Origin: Bacteriovoracaceae bacterium
Lineage (GTDB): Bacteria > Bdellovibrionota > Bacteriovoracia > Bacteriovoracales > Bacteriovoracaceae
Assembly (NCBI GenBank): GCA_036171615.1
Contig: JAVHRK010000153.1
Location: 8,758-72,757, forward strand
Reading direction: 5' to 3'
DNA: 64,000 bases
The notes beneath the pieces were generated by a model. The model did not search any database and was not told the origin of the DNA. It worked only from the letters and a program-made list of their open reading frames with translations. Positions 10,869 to 20,748 of this stretch are shown here, one piece after another (positions within the stretch are counted from its first letter, which is position 1; each line of letters starts with the position of its first letter). The position numbers were made by a program, and so were the translations under genes.

Positions 10869-13800
10869 ATGACAAAAAGACATGCAACACTCATAGAACT
10901 AGAAAATACCCTTAAAAATAAAATTTTATTTCTAGATGGTGCTATGGGCACCATGATTCAAAGATATCGTTTAGAGGAAAAAGATTTCAGAGAAATTTTT
11001 TTTGAAAATCATCCTCAAGATCTAAAAGGAAACAACGATCTTCTGAATTTCACAAGACCAGAAATTATTAAAGAAATACATACTCTCTATCTGGCCGCGG
11101 GTGCAGATATTATAGAAACAAATACTTTCTCTGGTACTCGTCTGGCTCAAAAAGATTATAATCTAGAACATATTGTTTATGACTTAAACTTGGCAGCAGC
11201 TAAAATTGCCAAAAGTGCATGTGATGAATTCATGCAAAAAAATCCAAATCGCAAGTGCTATGTAGCTGGCGCTCTTGGTCCAACAAATCGAACGGCATCA
11301 CTTTCTCCCGACGTAAATAATCCAGCTTACAGGGCCGTTACTTTTGATGAATTAGTTGAAAATTATTATGAACAAACAAAAGCCTTAATCGAAGGTGGCG
11401 TAGATATTCTATTACCTGAGACAACCTTTGATACTCTAAATTTAAAGGCCTGTATTTTTGCAATAGAAAAATATCAAGATGAAGTACAACTTAAGTTTCC
11501 ACTTATGCTTTCAGTTACCATTACAGATGCTTCAGGAAGAACACTGTCTGGTCAAACAGTTGAAGCTTTTTGGAATTCAGTTAGACATTCTCATCCACTC
11601 TCTGTTGGAATTAACTGTGCACTTGGTGCAAAAGAAATGCGTCCCTATATAGAAGAGTTATCTCAACTTGCTGATTGTTATATTTCTTGTTATCCAAATG
11701 CAGGACTGCCTAACCCCTTATCTCCCACTGGCTATGATGAAACTCCGTTAAAAACTGCACAATTTGTAAATGAGTTTGCAGAAAGTGGTTTTATTAATTT
11801 ACTAGGAGGTTGTTGTGGTACAACTCCAGATCATATTGCAGCGATAGTCAAAAAAGTTCATAAATGCCCCCCGAGAGTCCCTCCTGCTCCAAAACATTCA
11901 ACTCGTATTGCTGGACTTGAAGCATTTACCATTGAAGATAAACTTGGACATCCATTTTATATGGTCGGAGAAAGAACAAATGTCACCGGCTCACCTTTAT
12001 TTTCCAAATTAATTAAGGCCAATAATTTTGATCAAGCCCTTACTGTTGCCCGTCAACAAGTTGAAAATGGTGCCAATATTATCGATATCAATTTCGATGA
12101 AGGATTACTAGATTCAAAAAAATGCATGACTCATTTTTTAAATTTAGTGGCATCCGAACCAGATATAGCAAAAGTTCCAATCATGATTGATTCCTCAAAA
12201 TGGGAAGTAATTGAAGCAGGACTTAAGTGTGTACAAGGTAAATCAATTGTCAATTCGATCTCCTTAAAAGAAGGCGAAGAAAAATTTTTAGAGCAAGCTA
12301 AACTTATTCAAAGATATGGTGCAAGTGCCGTAGTGATGGCATTTGATGAAAATGGACAGGCATCTTCTAAAGATGAAAAAGTTCGAATATGTAAACGTGC
12401 TTATGATTTATTAATTTCAAAATTACAATTTGATCCCTGTGATATTATTTTTGATGCAAATATTTTAACCGTAGCAACTGGAATTGAAGAACATGATTGC
12501 TATGCTGTAAATTTCATAGAAGCAGTCCGAGAAATCAAAAAACTTTGTCCTGGGGCACTTACCTCAGGTGGTATCTCTAATCTTTCTTTTTCGTTTCGTG
12601 GAAATAATTTAGTAAGAGAAGCTATGCACACCGTCTTTTTATATCATGCTATTAAGGCCGGACTTGATATGGGGATTGTCAATGCCGGAATGCTTGGCGT
12701 TTATGATGAGATTAATCCAGTACTTCGAGAAAAATGTGAAGCTGTTGTTTTAAATAAACATTCTAATGCTACTGAAGAATTGCTTATTTTGGCCGAATCT
12801 TTGAAAAATCAAAATACTAAAAAAGAAGACATCGTTGAAGAATGGAGAGACCACTCTGTCGAAGCAAGAATTGCTCATTCACTAGTAAAAGGTGTTGATA
12901 CTTTTATTGAGATAGATACTGAAGAAGCACGAATTAAATATGGTGCCCCCCTTAATGTTATAGAGGGCCCACTTATGAGTGCCATGAAGATAGTTGGAGG
13001 GCTTTTTGGCGAAGGCAAAATGTTTCTCCCTCAAGTTGTTAAGTCGGCCAGAGTGATGAAGAAGGCCGTAGCTTATTTAGAACCTTTTATGAATGCGAGT
13101 GAAGATCATCAACAGGGTGTTTTTGTCATAGCAACAGTTAAAGGCGACGTTCACGACATTGGTAAAAATATCGTGGCGGTAGTTTTGGCCTGTAATGGTT
13201 ATAAAGTAATAGATTTAGGAGTTATGGTTTCCTGTCAAAAAATTCTAGAAGAAGCAATTCGGTTGAAAGCTGATGTTATCGGTTTATCAGGTTTAATTAC
13301 TCCTTCATTAGATGAAATGATTCATAATGCGAAAGAAATGGAGCGACTCGGACTTAAAGTTCCACTACTAATCGGTGGTGCAACAACTTCGAGGGCCCAC
13401 ACGGCCATTAAAATTTCGCCTCATTATAGTGGCCCAATAGTTCACGTAGGTGACGCATCTTTGGTTATTGAAGTTTGCAATAAACTCTTAAGTCCAACTT
13501 TGCACGCTGATTATGTAAAACAATTGAAAATAAATTATACAGATATACGCGAGCGTTTTTTACAACGACAAGAAACCCCAACGTCTTTGCTTTCTTTTAC
13601 TGATTCGCAAGAACGAAAGTTTCAATCCAATTGGGATAAATTAGAAATTTCTCAACCTTCACGCTTAGGTGTATTTAATCTAGAATTTACACTTGAGGAA
13701 ATATTACCCTATATAGACTGGTCTCCTTTCTTTTGGACTTGGGAGCTAAAAGGCACATACCCAAAAATTTTAGGACATACCACCTACGGACAAGAGGCCC

Positions 13801-14564
13801 AAAAAATATTTGATGACGCTCAAATTCTCTTAAAAGATATTGTTAAAAATAAACGCTTTTCTCCTAAGGCAGTTATCGGAATTTTTGAAGCTTATTCTAT
13901 TAATGAAGATATAGTAATGTTCTCAGGAGAGAAAAAAACAACTTTTCATTTTTTACGTCAACAAAAAGAAAAACTCGAAAGTAATGATTCCAAGCAGGAG
14001 TTTAACTACTGTCTTTCAGACTATATAGCTCCAAAAAGTACAGGAATCAAAGATTATTGCGGTGGATTTGCAGTTACTACGGGTCATGAGGTTGAAGAGT
14101 TTGCTAAATCTTTTCAAGCAAAAAATGATGATTACAGTTCTATAATGGTAAAGGCCTTGGCCGATCGATTGGCCGAAGCTCTGGCCGAATTGGCCCATAA
14201 AAAAGTAAGAGATATTTTTACATTTGGTCAATCCGAAAACTTGGCACCAGAAGATTTAATAAAAGAAAAATACCGTGGAATCAGACCGGCGCCTGGATAT
14301 CCAGCTTGTCCAGATCATACAGAAAAAGAAATTTTATGGCAGATTCTAGATGCTCAAAAAAATTCAGGTATAACACTTACTGAAAGTTTTGCTATGAATC
14401 CACCAAGCTCAGTCTCTGGATTTTATTTTAATCACCCACAAGCAAAATATTTTGCTGTCGGTAATATTGATAAAGATCAAGTTGAAGATTATGCAAAAAG
14501 AAAAAAATTATCTATTCTATTAATTGAAAAATGGTTAGGCCCAAACTTGAATTATGAACCCTGA
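10869..14564 (+). CDS. metH: Cobalamin-dependent methionine synthase
   Basis: [15 protein letters not shown] (Zn), GERTNVTGS (pterin domain), GDVHDIGKN (B12 binding) and [14 protein letters not shown] (reactivation domain). Confidence 0.97.
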   Translation: MTKRHATLIELENTLKNKILFLDGAMGTMIQRYRLEEKDFREIFFENHPQDLKGNNDLLNFTRPEIIKEIHTLYLAAGADIIETNTFSGTRLAQKDYNLEHIVYDLNLAAAKIAKSACDEFMQKNPNRKCYVAGALGPTNRTASLSPDVNNPAYRAVTFDELVENYYEQTKALIEGGVDILLPETTFDTLNLKACIFAIEKYQDEVQLKFPLMLSVTITDASGRTLSGQTVEAFWNSVRHSHPLSVGINCALGAKEMRPYIEELSQLADCYISCYPNAGLPNPLSPTGYDETPLKTAQFVNEFAESGFINLLGGCCGTTPDHIAAIVKKVHKCPPRVPPAPKHSTRIAGLEAFTIEDKLGHPFYMVGERTNVTGSPLFSKLIKANNFDQALTVARQQVENGANIIDINFDEGLLDSKKCMTHFLNLVASEPDIAKVPIMIDSSKWEVIEAGLKCVQGKSIVNSISLKEGEEKFLEQAKLIQRYGASAVVMAFDENGQASSKDEKVRICKRAYDLLISKLQFDPCDIIFDANILTVATGIEEHDCYAVNFIEAVREIKKLCPGALTSGGISNLSFSFRGNNLVREAMHTVFLYHAIKAGLDMGIVNAGMLGVYDEINPVLREKCEAVVLNKHSNATEELLILAESLKNQNTKKEDIVEEWRDHSVEARIAHSLVKGVDTFIEIDTEEARIKYGAPLNVIEGPLMSAMKIVGGLFGEGKMFLPQVVKSARVMKKAVAYLEPFMNASEDHQQGVFVIATVKGDVHDIGKNIVAVVLACNGYKVIDLGVMVSCQKILEEAIRLKADVIGLSGLITPSLDEMIHNAKEMERLGLKVPLLIGGATTSRAHTAIKISPHYSGPIVHVGDASLVIEVCNKLLSPTLHADYVKQLKINYTDIRERFLQRQETPTSLLSFTDSQERKFQSNWDKLEISQPSRLGVFNLEFTLEEILPYIDWSPFFWTWELKGTYPKILGHTTYGQEAQKIFDDAQILLKDIVKNKRFSPKAVIGIFEAYSINEDIVMFSGEKKTTFHFLRQQKEKLESNDSKQEFNYCLSDYIAPKSTGIKDYCGGFAVTTGHEVEEFAKSFQAKNDDYSSIMVKALADRLAEALAELAHKKVRDIFTFGQSENLAPEDLIKEKYRGIRPAPGYPACPDHTEKEILWQILDAQKNSGITLTESFAMNPPSSVSGFYFNHPQAKYFAVGNIDKDQVEDYAKRKKLSILLIEKWLGPNLNYEP

Positions 14565-14997
14565 AAGTTTAACAGATCTGATTTTACATAAAGGTGATGA
14601 CTGGAAACCAAGTCTACTTAATGCACGTGAAGTATTACAGGATAAATTTTTAAGCGATAAATCACTTATCCGAATTGCAATTAATTCAACCCAAATTACT
14701 CACTTTAATACAATTATAAAATTTCTCTATCAAGATTCTAAAGAACGACCTGTAGGGATTGCTGGAATTGATTATTTAATAAAAGCAGTTAATTATTCCA
14801 ATTACTCATTTAAGGATTGGATCATTGTTATAGATCGATTTAGCCAATGGATTCAGAAAGAAAATAGGCAGACTTCCTTTTTAAAATTACTTGGATATTT
14901 GCAGTGTTGTGAAGAATCGCCTGAAACTAAAGATATTAGTAAACCATTTATTGATTTAGTAAATGAAATGTTAGAGCAATATGGCTTTGTAGGTTAA
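14554..14997 (+). CDS. Hypothetical protein, 147 aa, in the met operon
   Basis: Overlaps the metH stop and ends 2 nt before the next gene; no motif recognised. Confidence 0.6.
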   Translation: MNPESLTDLILHKGDDWKPSLLNAREVLQDKFLSDKSLIRIAINSTQITHFNTIIKFLYQDSKERPVGIAGIDYLIKAVNYSNYSFKDWIIVIDRFSQWIQKENRQTSFLKLLGYLQCCEESPETKDISKPFIDLVNEMLEQYGFVG

Positions 14998-14999
14998 AC

Positions 15000-15656
15000 A
15001 TGAAAATAACCGGAATAGGTAGTCTTCCACATGACTCAGTCATTAAAGCAGTTGCATATTCACTGAGACACGATTTGCCCTTTCTACCTCAACTGACAGG
15101 CCTTGGGGAAAGAATGATTTCACAGGTGATGAATAAAAATGAATTATCAAAAAAATACCAAGCACTTCAATTGTTTACAGAAAAAATTCTAGAAAAAAAT
15201 ATTTCCCAATTTAAAATTCAATTAGCAGGCCCTGAAACCTGTGGGACAAGTGAAGTACTGATCATTGAACAAATTAACAGTTTTTTAGAGTTTTTTGATC
15301 AGTACAAACTTAAGCCTATTATTTTTATTGATGAGCCTATATTAACTTTAAAATCCGATCATTTAAATAAAGTTTTTATAGAATTAAAAAATCTTGGTGT
15401 GAATTCAGGACTACATTCTTGCGCTCAGTTCGAATGGGAAAAAATCGAGTGCCTAGAGACAACCTATATATCATTCGATCTAAATCTAATAAAACAACCT
15501 GAAATAACCTCAAAAATTAAAATTGCTGGATTTCAACCATTTATCACTAAAGAATTTAATTATTCTGGAGAATGGATCTCATCTAATTGTGGACTAGCAA
15601 GTTATACGGAAAAGGATTGTGAAATAATTCTTAGAAATTTAGAAAATCACAAATAA
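15000..15656 (+). CDS. Small MetE-like (cobalamin-independent methionine synthase catalytic-domain family) protein
   Basis: TGIGSLPH and PFLPQL N-terminus, FIDEP, candidate Zn ligands in GLHSC, SFD and SNCGL. Confidence 0.6.
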   Translation: MKITGIGSLPHDSVIKAVAYSLRHDLPFLPQLTGLGERMISQVMNKNELSKKYQALQLFTEKILEKNISQFKIQLAGPETCGTSEVLIIEQINSFLEFFDQYKLKPIIFIDEPILTLKSDHLNKVFIELKNLGVNSGLHSCAQFEWEKIECLETTYISFDLNLIKQPEITSKIKIAGFQPFITKEFNYSGEWISSNCGLASYTEKDCEIILRNLENHK

Positions 15657-15682
15657 AAAAGGCTTCTTGCGAAGCCTTTTTT
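15655..15682. terminator. Bidirectional intrinsic terminator
   Basis: AAAAAAGGCTTC-ttgc-GAAGCCTTTTTT perfect stem between convergent genes. Confidence 0.87.
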
Positions 15683-15717
15683 ATATTATTTAACACTTAA
15701 TAAAAAGTGGTTAATAA

Positions 15718-15945
15718 CTAGTGAGCTGGAGCAGCAGCAGGTGCAGCTTCAGTAGCAGGTGCAGCTTCAGCAGTTGGTGCTGGAGCAGCTTCAGTAGTAG
15801 GAGCAACAGCAGGAGCAGCTTCAGCAGCAGGAGCAGCTTCAGTTGTTACAGCAGCAGGTGCAGCCTCAGTAGTAGCTTCTTCTTTTTTAGAACAACCAAA
15901 AGAAACAGCAGAAACGATAAGAACTAGAGCTAATAAATTTTTCAT
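15718..15945 (-). CDS. Small Ala/Pro/Glu/Thr-rich lipoprotein with six EAAPA repeats
   Basis: AAGGAG RBS 8 nt before ATG 15945; signal peptide ending SFG-C; repetitive low-complexity mature part. Confidence 0.75.
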   Translation of the reverse strand: MKNLLALVLIVSAVSFGCSKKEEATTEAAPAAVTTEAAPAAEAAPAVAPTTEAAPAPTAEAAPATEAAPAAAPAH

Positions 15946-16061
15946 CTTCAATTCTCCTTAAATCCGTTAAGATGACAGTTAACGCGCACAAAAATAGTGA
16001 ACTGTTAATTTTTACTACTAAAACAGTATTTAAGTCAACATACTTCTACAAAAACAGTAGA

Positions 16062-16583
16062 TTAAACTGCTTTTAAGACACCGTGCACCAAGTCTGAATA
16101 TTGAGTCATCCCCCATATTACTACTCTTTGCTCACAGGTTCTTTCCCTAACCGGCATTACTTTTCTACTATTTCTTACGTTTAAAAAGAAGTTTTCTAGG
16201 TTGATCATATGGGTATTTAAAATTGTTTCTTCATCTGCAGTTAACCAAATTTTTTTAATTTTTAAAAGTGAATGAGACTCCTTTTTTTGGACAATATCTT
16301 TTTTAAAATATTCATTTACTAAAGATGTAAATAATTCTTTTGCTTCTTCCTTGATATTATCATCACTGTTTATTCCAGCTAGCCACTTCAAAGAAGATTC
16401 TTTATCAATTGAATAACTTCCTCTTTGATATTGAATAATATTTTTCATCAACAAATTGGGTAAAATATTCAATAAAAAAGCATGTTCTAAATTGGTGTCA
16501 ATAGACAATTCATGTATATTTTTATCTTTTTTTGCAATTGATTCAATTATAATTCTTTCAAGTATTATTAATCCATCTTTCAT
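16062..16583 (-). CDS. Hypothetical protein with probable N-terminal winged helix-turn-helix
   Basis: ERIIIESIAKKDKNIHELSIDTNLEHAFLLNILPNLLMKNIIQYQRGSYSI follows a wHTH pattern; RBS-like GGAG upstream. Confidence 0.5.
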   Translation of the reverse strand: MKDGLIILERIIIESIAKKDKNIHELSIDTNLEHAFLLNILPNLLMKNIIQYQRGSYSIDKESSLKWLAGINSDDNIKEEAKELFTSLVNEYFKKDIVQKKESHSLLKIKKIWLTADEETILNTHMINLENFFLNVRNSRKVMPVRERTCEQRVVIWGMTQYSDLVHGVLKAV

Positions 16584-16601
16584 GTTTTTCTCCAGGTTAA
16601 T

Positions 16602-16937
16602 TTAAATTGCTGTATGAACTTGCGTCGGTATTTTTACTTCGTTTTTAATATTCCAAATTGCCATTTTCCGTTGCATGAAATGTTCAATTTCACTTATGCT
16701 TTGTGGACTTAGCTTATTAAAACAATCTTGAGCAAGCTCCTCTAGACCTTGATTCATTCCCATCATATTCTTCACCTTAAGAAGAAAAATTTCATACTCA
16801 GCTAGCTTCATTAAACTTCCATTTAATAATCGAAATACTCGTGTCTGTTGAATTCCGGTATCGACCGAAATTTTTTTGAGAGTAGGATACTGATTTAAAA
16901 GCATGTACTGATCTAGAATAGTTTTTTGTAAATTCAT
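16602..16937 (-). CDS. Small helix-turn-helix (XRE-like) protein
   Basis: PTLKKISVDTGIQQTRVFRLLNG HTH pattern; start moved to ATG 16937 after the AAAGGGGG RBS. Confidence 0.55.
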   Translation of the reverse strand: MNLQKTILDQYMLLNQYPTLKKISVDTGIQQTRVFRLLNGSLMKLAEYEIFLLKVKNMMGMNQGLEELAQDCFNKLSPQSISEIEHFMQRKMAIWNIKNEVKIPTQVHTAI

Positions 16938-16962
16938 ATGGCCCCCTTTGTACAAATTACAA

Positions 16963-16980
16963 AGCAGGCCTTGTGCCAAA
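16963..16980 (-). promoter_or_regulatory. Sigma54 (RpoN) -24/-12 promoter
   Basis: Minus strand TTTGGCACAAGGCCTGCT has TGGCAC and exact GG-N10-GC spacing, about 25 nt before ATG 16937. Confidence 0.7.
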
Positions 16981-17065
16981 GATAAACTATCGAGAAGTGA
17001 TTGATATAATTAAAAAAAGAAGTGCACTACAGCTGAAAGTATTCTGATATAAGAATATATCGTAT

Positions 17066-17959
17066 TTAAATCAGAACACCTACTTGGGTTCCTAAATGTA
17101 GGTAAGTTTCAATTCCATTTTTTGTATTTTTTAAAATGTCTTCAGATGGATTCCATTTACCATGTTCACCCAATACGATAACAGTCGATCCTCCGAATAA
17201 AAAATATCCTTTCTCATCACCTTTGTTAAAGGCCACTCCAGGCTTTAGTTGTTTTGATTGTATAATTTTTCCAACACAAATAGCACCTACTTCTATATAA
17301 GCTAATTTACCAAAGTTTTCCGTATCAAGAATTGTTATATGTCTCTCATTTTGAATAAAAATTTTGGGTTTGGCCTTTAATGCTAATGGGTTTACAGAGT
17401 GAAATAATCCATGAATTCGATAATCTTCAATTACAGTTCCATTGTCTGGATAGTGAAATCTGTGATAATCAACAGGACATAATCTGGCCAGTAAAAGTGG
17501 GCCGTCTTGAAAAACCTTTGCCCATTGACTATTTTCCAAAAGCGCTTCAGCTGATAAGAAATTTCCTTTTACAGGAACTTGTTGAACTGCAGTCATCGTT
17601 TCGTAACCAAAATATCGAGCTTCAGCAAATGCAGCTAATTCATTTTTATTTTCAACAAAACTACGTACACCCTTTCTAAATTTTCTAATAAAAAAATCAT
17701 TGAAATTATTATAGACTCCGCTTTCTGGCAAATAGTCTGACATTTTGATTGAAAAATCTTTTATAAAAGGAGCAATTTTTTTTTGACTCCAATTGGTATC
17801 TTGAATCCCTCCATATAACTTGCTTATTGGCGAACTACAAATGAGAGGAGAAAATAATTTAGCTATAGGACTTTCGTATAACCATTTAACTGCTTTGGCT
17901 CCATATACTTTTTCAATTTCTATCTGGCCATTTATCCGACTAAAATATTTTACTTCCAT
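17066..17959 (-). CDS. psd: Phosphatidylserine decarboxylase proenzyme
   Basis: FNDFFIRK, RLCPVDYHRFH, IEVGAICVGKI and the self-cleavage motif GYFLFGGST. Confidence 0.92.
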   Translation of the reverse strand: MEVKYFSRINGQIEIEKVYGAKAVKWLYESPIAKLFSPLICSSPISKLYGGIQDTNWSQKKIAPFIKDFSIKMSDYLPESGVYNNFNDFFIRKFRKGVRSFVENKNELAAFAEARYFGYETMTAVQQVPVKGNFLSAEALLENSQWAKVFQDGPLLLARLCPVDYHRFHYPDNGTVIEDYRIHGLFHSVNPLALKAKPKIFIQNERHITILDTENFGKLAYIEVGAICVGKIIQSKQLKPGVAFNKGDEKGYFLFGGSTVIVLGEHGKWNPSEDILKNTKNGIETYLHLGTQVGVLI

Positions 17960-18039
17960 AATTCCTCTTGCAAAGCTTCTTGAAGATCTTTTCCAATTGG
18001 ATTATATCTATAGTATCAATTCCTAGCAAGGAGAGAACC

Positions 18040-19101
18040 GTGAATAAATTTAATATCAAATTAAGTTATGTAATCTTTTTTATTTTCATTTTTAGTAGCT
18101 ACGTATTTGCTCAAGAGAATATGCTTTTAGAGAATGAAAAAAACTCAATTTCTATTTTTCAAAAAACAGCAAGCTCAATAGTAAACGTTTCAAATATGAA
18201 GATTGGTCGGGGACCATTTGATATGGATGCAACTGAATTTGAAGCAGGAATGGGATCTGGATTTATTTGGGATCTGCAGGGCTATATTGTGACTAATTTT
18301 CATGTTGTAGATAAAGGTGAATCTTTTCTTATCTCATTCAAGGATGATAAAAAACAATATCGAGCAAGATTAATAGGAGCAGATCCTAAAAAAGATATTG
18401 CAGTATTAAAATTAAATGAATTGCCAAAATCTCTAAACCCTATCATTGCGGGAGATTCAAAGACACTACAGGTAGGTCAGAAAGCATTGGCCATTGGAAA
18501 TCCACTAGGACTTGATCATACACTTACAACTGGAACCATTTCCGCCTTAGAAAGAAAAATTCAAGGTTATGGCGGGGTTTCAATTAATGGAATGATTCAA
18601 ACTGATGCCGCTATTAATCCTGGAAACTCTGGTGGCGCACTACTCGATTCACGAGGGAAATTAATAGGTATAAATGCAATGATCTTTAATGGTGCAGGAG
18701 CACAAGCAAATGCTGGTTTAGGTTTTGCAATCCCTGTAGATACAGTTAAAGCGATAGTACCTCAAATAATTAAATATGGAAAAGTCATTCGTCCAGGTTT
18801 GGGCATCGCCATTCTAGAGGAAAACTACGCGGCAAGATTTGGAGTTTACCAAGGAGTAATGATTAAAGCGCTAGACCCCAAGGGCCCATCAGCTAAAGCA
18901 GGCTTACAAGGGATTAGAAGCGATCGTCGTGGCCAATATTATATAGGTGATATTATCACCGGTATTGATTCAATTCCAATCAATAACTTTGATGACTTAT
19001 ATTCAACACTAGATAAATATAAAATTGGTGATCGAATTAAATTAAAATATATTAGAAACGAAAAAATTAAAATAGTAGATATTACTCTCGTTCAGATTTA
19101 A
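18040..19101 (+). CDS. HtrA/DegP-family trypsin-like serine protease with one PDZ domain
   Basis: GSGFIWD, TNFHVV (His), DIAVL (Asp), INPGNSGG (Ser) and C-terminal PDZ; start moved to GTG 18040 after GGAG. Confidence 0.92.
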   Translation: MNKFNIKLSYVIFFIFIFSSYVFAQENMLLENEKNSISIFQKTASSIVNVSNMKIGRGPFDMDATEFEAGMGSGFIWDLQGYIVTNFHVVDKGESFLISFKDDKKQYRARLIGADPKKDIAVLKLNELPKSLNPIIAGDSKTLQVGQKALAIGNPLGLDHTLTTGTISALERKIQGYGGVSINGMIQTDAAINPGNSGGALLDSRGKLIGINAMIFNGAGAQANAGLGFAIPVDTVKAIVPQIIKYGKVIRPGLGIAILEENYAARFGVYQGVMIKALDPKGPSAKAGLQGIRSDRRGQYYIGDIITGIDSIPINNFDDLYSTLDKYKIGDRIKLKYIRNEKIKIVDITLVQI

Positions 19102-19801
19102 TAAATATTTTTTTTGCATTACTTGGGGATTCTTCTACTAGGAGGCCAAAAGTATCGATATGCCATATTTGATCAGCATATTCTGATGCAAGGTCAGCAT
19201 CATGACTGCTTAATAAAATTGCCAATCCTCTTTCTAGTGAAATCTTTTTTAACATATTCATTAAATCAATTTTAGATGGAATATCCAAATAAGTTGTAGG
19301 TTCATCTAACAATAAAACTTTTGGATTTTGTGCGAGTGCGCGAGCAATACTGACTTTTTGTTTTTGACCATCGCTCAAATCTTGTAAATATGAATCTTTA
19401 AGTTCAAAAATATTCATTAAAATTAAAATATTTTTTACAAAGTTATTATCTTGGTCACTTAAAACCCCCCTTGTATTTGAATAAGGAGATCTACCTAATG
19501 ATACTAATTCTGAGACAGTTAAAAAATCTACTTGAATTTTGTCAGTTAAAACAATTGCTATTGTTTGGGCAAATTCTTTAACTGTAAAATCATGCGCAAG
19601 TCTATCGGTTATAAGTATATTCCCAGCTTTTAAAGGAATTAACCCAGAAATTGATTTTAGTAAACAACTTTTGCCAATTCCATTGACTCCCATAAGTGCA
19701 ATGATTCCACTTTCTGAAATAGTGGCACTAATATTTTCTAAAATATTTTTTTCTTGATAACCAACGGTAATATTTTGAAGTTTTAGCAATGTCGAACTCA
19801 T
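19082..19801 (-). CDS. Cobalamin/iron-complex ABC transporter ATPase (BtuD/FecE-like)
   Basis: GVNGIGKS Walker A, LSDGQKQK signature, LLLDEPT, SSHD; ATGA overlap with the permease gives start 19801. Confidence 0.88.
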   Translation of the reverse strand: MSSTLLKLQNITVGYQEKNILENISATISESGIIALMGVNGIGKSCLLKSISGLIPLKAGNILITDRLAHDFTVKEFAQTIAIVLTDKIQVDFLTVSELVSLGRSPYSNTRGVLSDQDNNFVKNILILMNIFELKDSYLQDLSDGQKQKVSIARALAQNPKVLLLDEPTTYLDIPSKIDLMNMLKKISLERGLAILLSSHDADLASEYADQIWHIDTFGLLVEESPSNAKKIFIKSERE

Positions 19802-20748
19802 TGATGTAAATTCCTTTGGTGGTACAAGTAAATAATTACAACAGGGGCACCAAAAAATCCTAAGATTGTATTTACTGACAAAGACCATGAAGGTGTTAAT
19901 ACAAGTAATGATTCCGCCAGTAGGGCAATTACACTTCCAAAAAGAAATGTTGCCGGTAATACATAATTCATATTACTAGACTTCAAATAGAATCGAGCAA
20001 GATGAGGTGCAATTATTCCAATAAATCCAACTGGGCCGCAAAACAAAGTGACAGTCGAAATTGAGAATGCACAAACAGTAATTAAAACATTTTTAATATT
20101 AGTAACATTCGCTCCCATACTCTTAGCGTAGTTTTCACCAAGCTGGAACAGATTAAGTGATTTTGGTAAAAAGAGTAGCGGAATGAGGGAAATAACTCCC
20201 ATTAAAATAAAATATGGTAATTCTTCAATTGTAACATTTCTAAAACTACCAAGAGTCCATATCAGATAGTTTTTAACTTGGAGGTTTGTACTAATATTCA
20301 TTAAAAAAGAAATACAACTTGATGCAAAGGTTGAAATTAATAACCCAACAATTAAAAGGCTAAATCTGCTAAACTTTTTATAAAGGAAAAAAAGTAAAAT
20401 ACCGAACACACTGAAAGCTCCAAACAATGAAAGTACCGTTGCTCCAATTTTATATAAAAAGCTAGGGAAGAAACTAGCGCCCATTACCCATAAAGCGACA
20501 AACAAACTTGAGCCTGCGCTTACCCCTAAAATATCTGGGCCGGCCAATGGATTTTGAAAAAAGACTTGCATCAGTAAACCTGCAGTTGCCAAAATTCCTC
20601 CTGACAATAATGCCACAACAACTTTGGGAAGGCGTAACTGCCAAAAAATAGTTTGATTAAAGAGTAGGCCAGCTTCTCCATAGCTCAATAAAAACAGAGA
20701 AGCTATTATTACTAAAATTATTAGAATAATAAATTTAAAATTTCTCAT
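19798..20748 (-). CDS. Cobalamin/iron-complex ABC permease (BtuC/FecD-like)
   Basis: LRLPK, QNPLAGPDILGVSAG and GFIGIIAPH FecCD motifs. Confidence 0.88.
   Translation of the reverse strand: MRNFKFIILIILVIIASLFLLSYGEAGLLFNQTIFWQLRLPKVVVALLSGGILATAGLLMQVFFQNPLAGPDILGVSAGSSLFVALWVMGASFFPSFLYKIGATVLSLFGAFSVFGILLFFLYKKFSRFSLLIVGLLISTFASSCISFLMNISTNLQVKNYLIWTLGSFRNVTIEELPYFILMGVISLIPLLFLPKSLNLFQLGENYAKSMGANVTNIKNVLITVCAFSISTVTLFCGPVGFIGIIAPHLARFYLKSSNMNYVLPATFLFGSVIALLAESLLVLTPSWSLSVNTILGFFGAPVVIIYLYHQRNLHQ

Noticed and set aside
15721-15927. Ser/Arg-rich plus-strand ORF
   Set aside because: Antisense shadow of the repetitive lipoprotein gene, which has the RBS and signal peptide.
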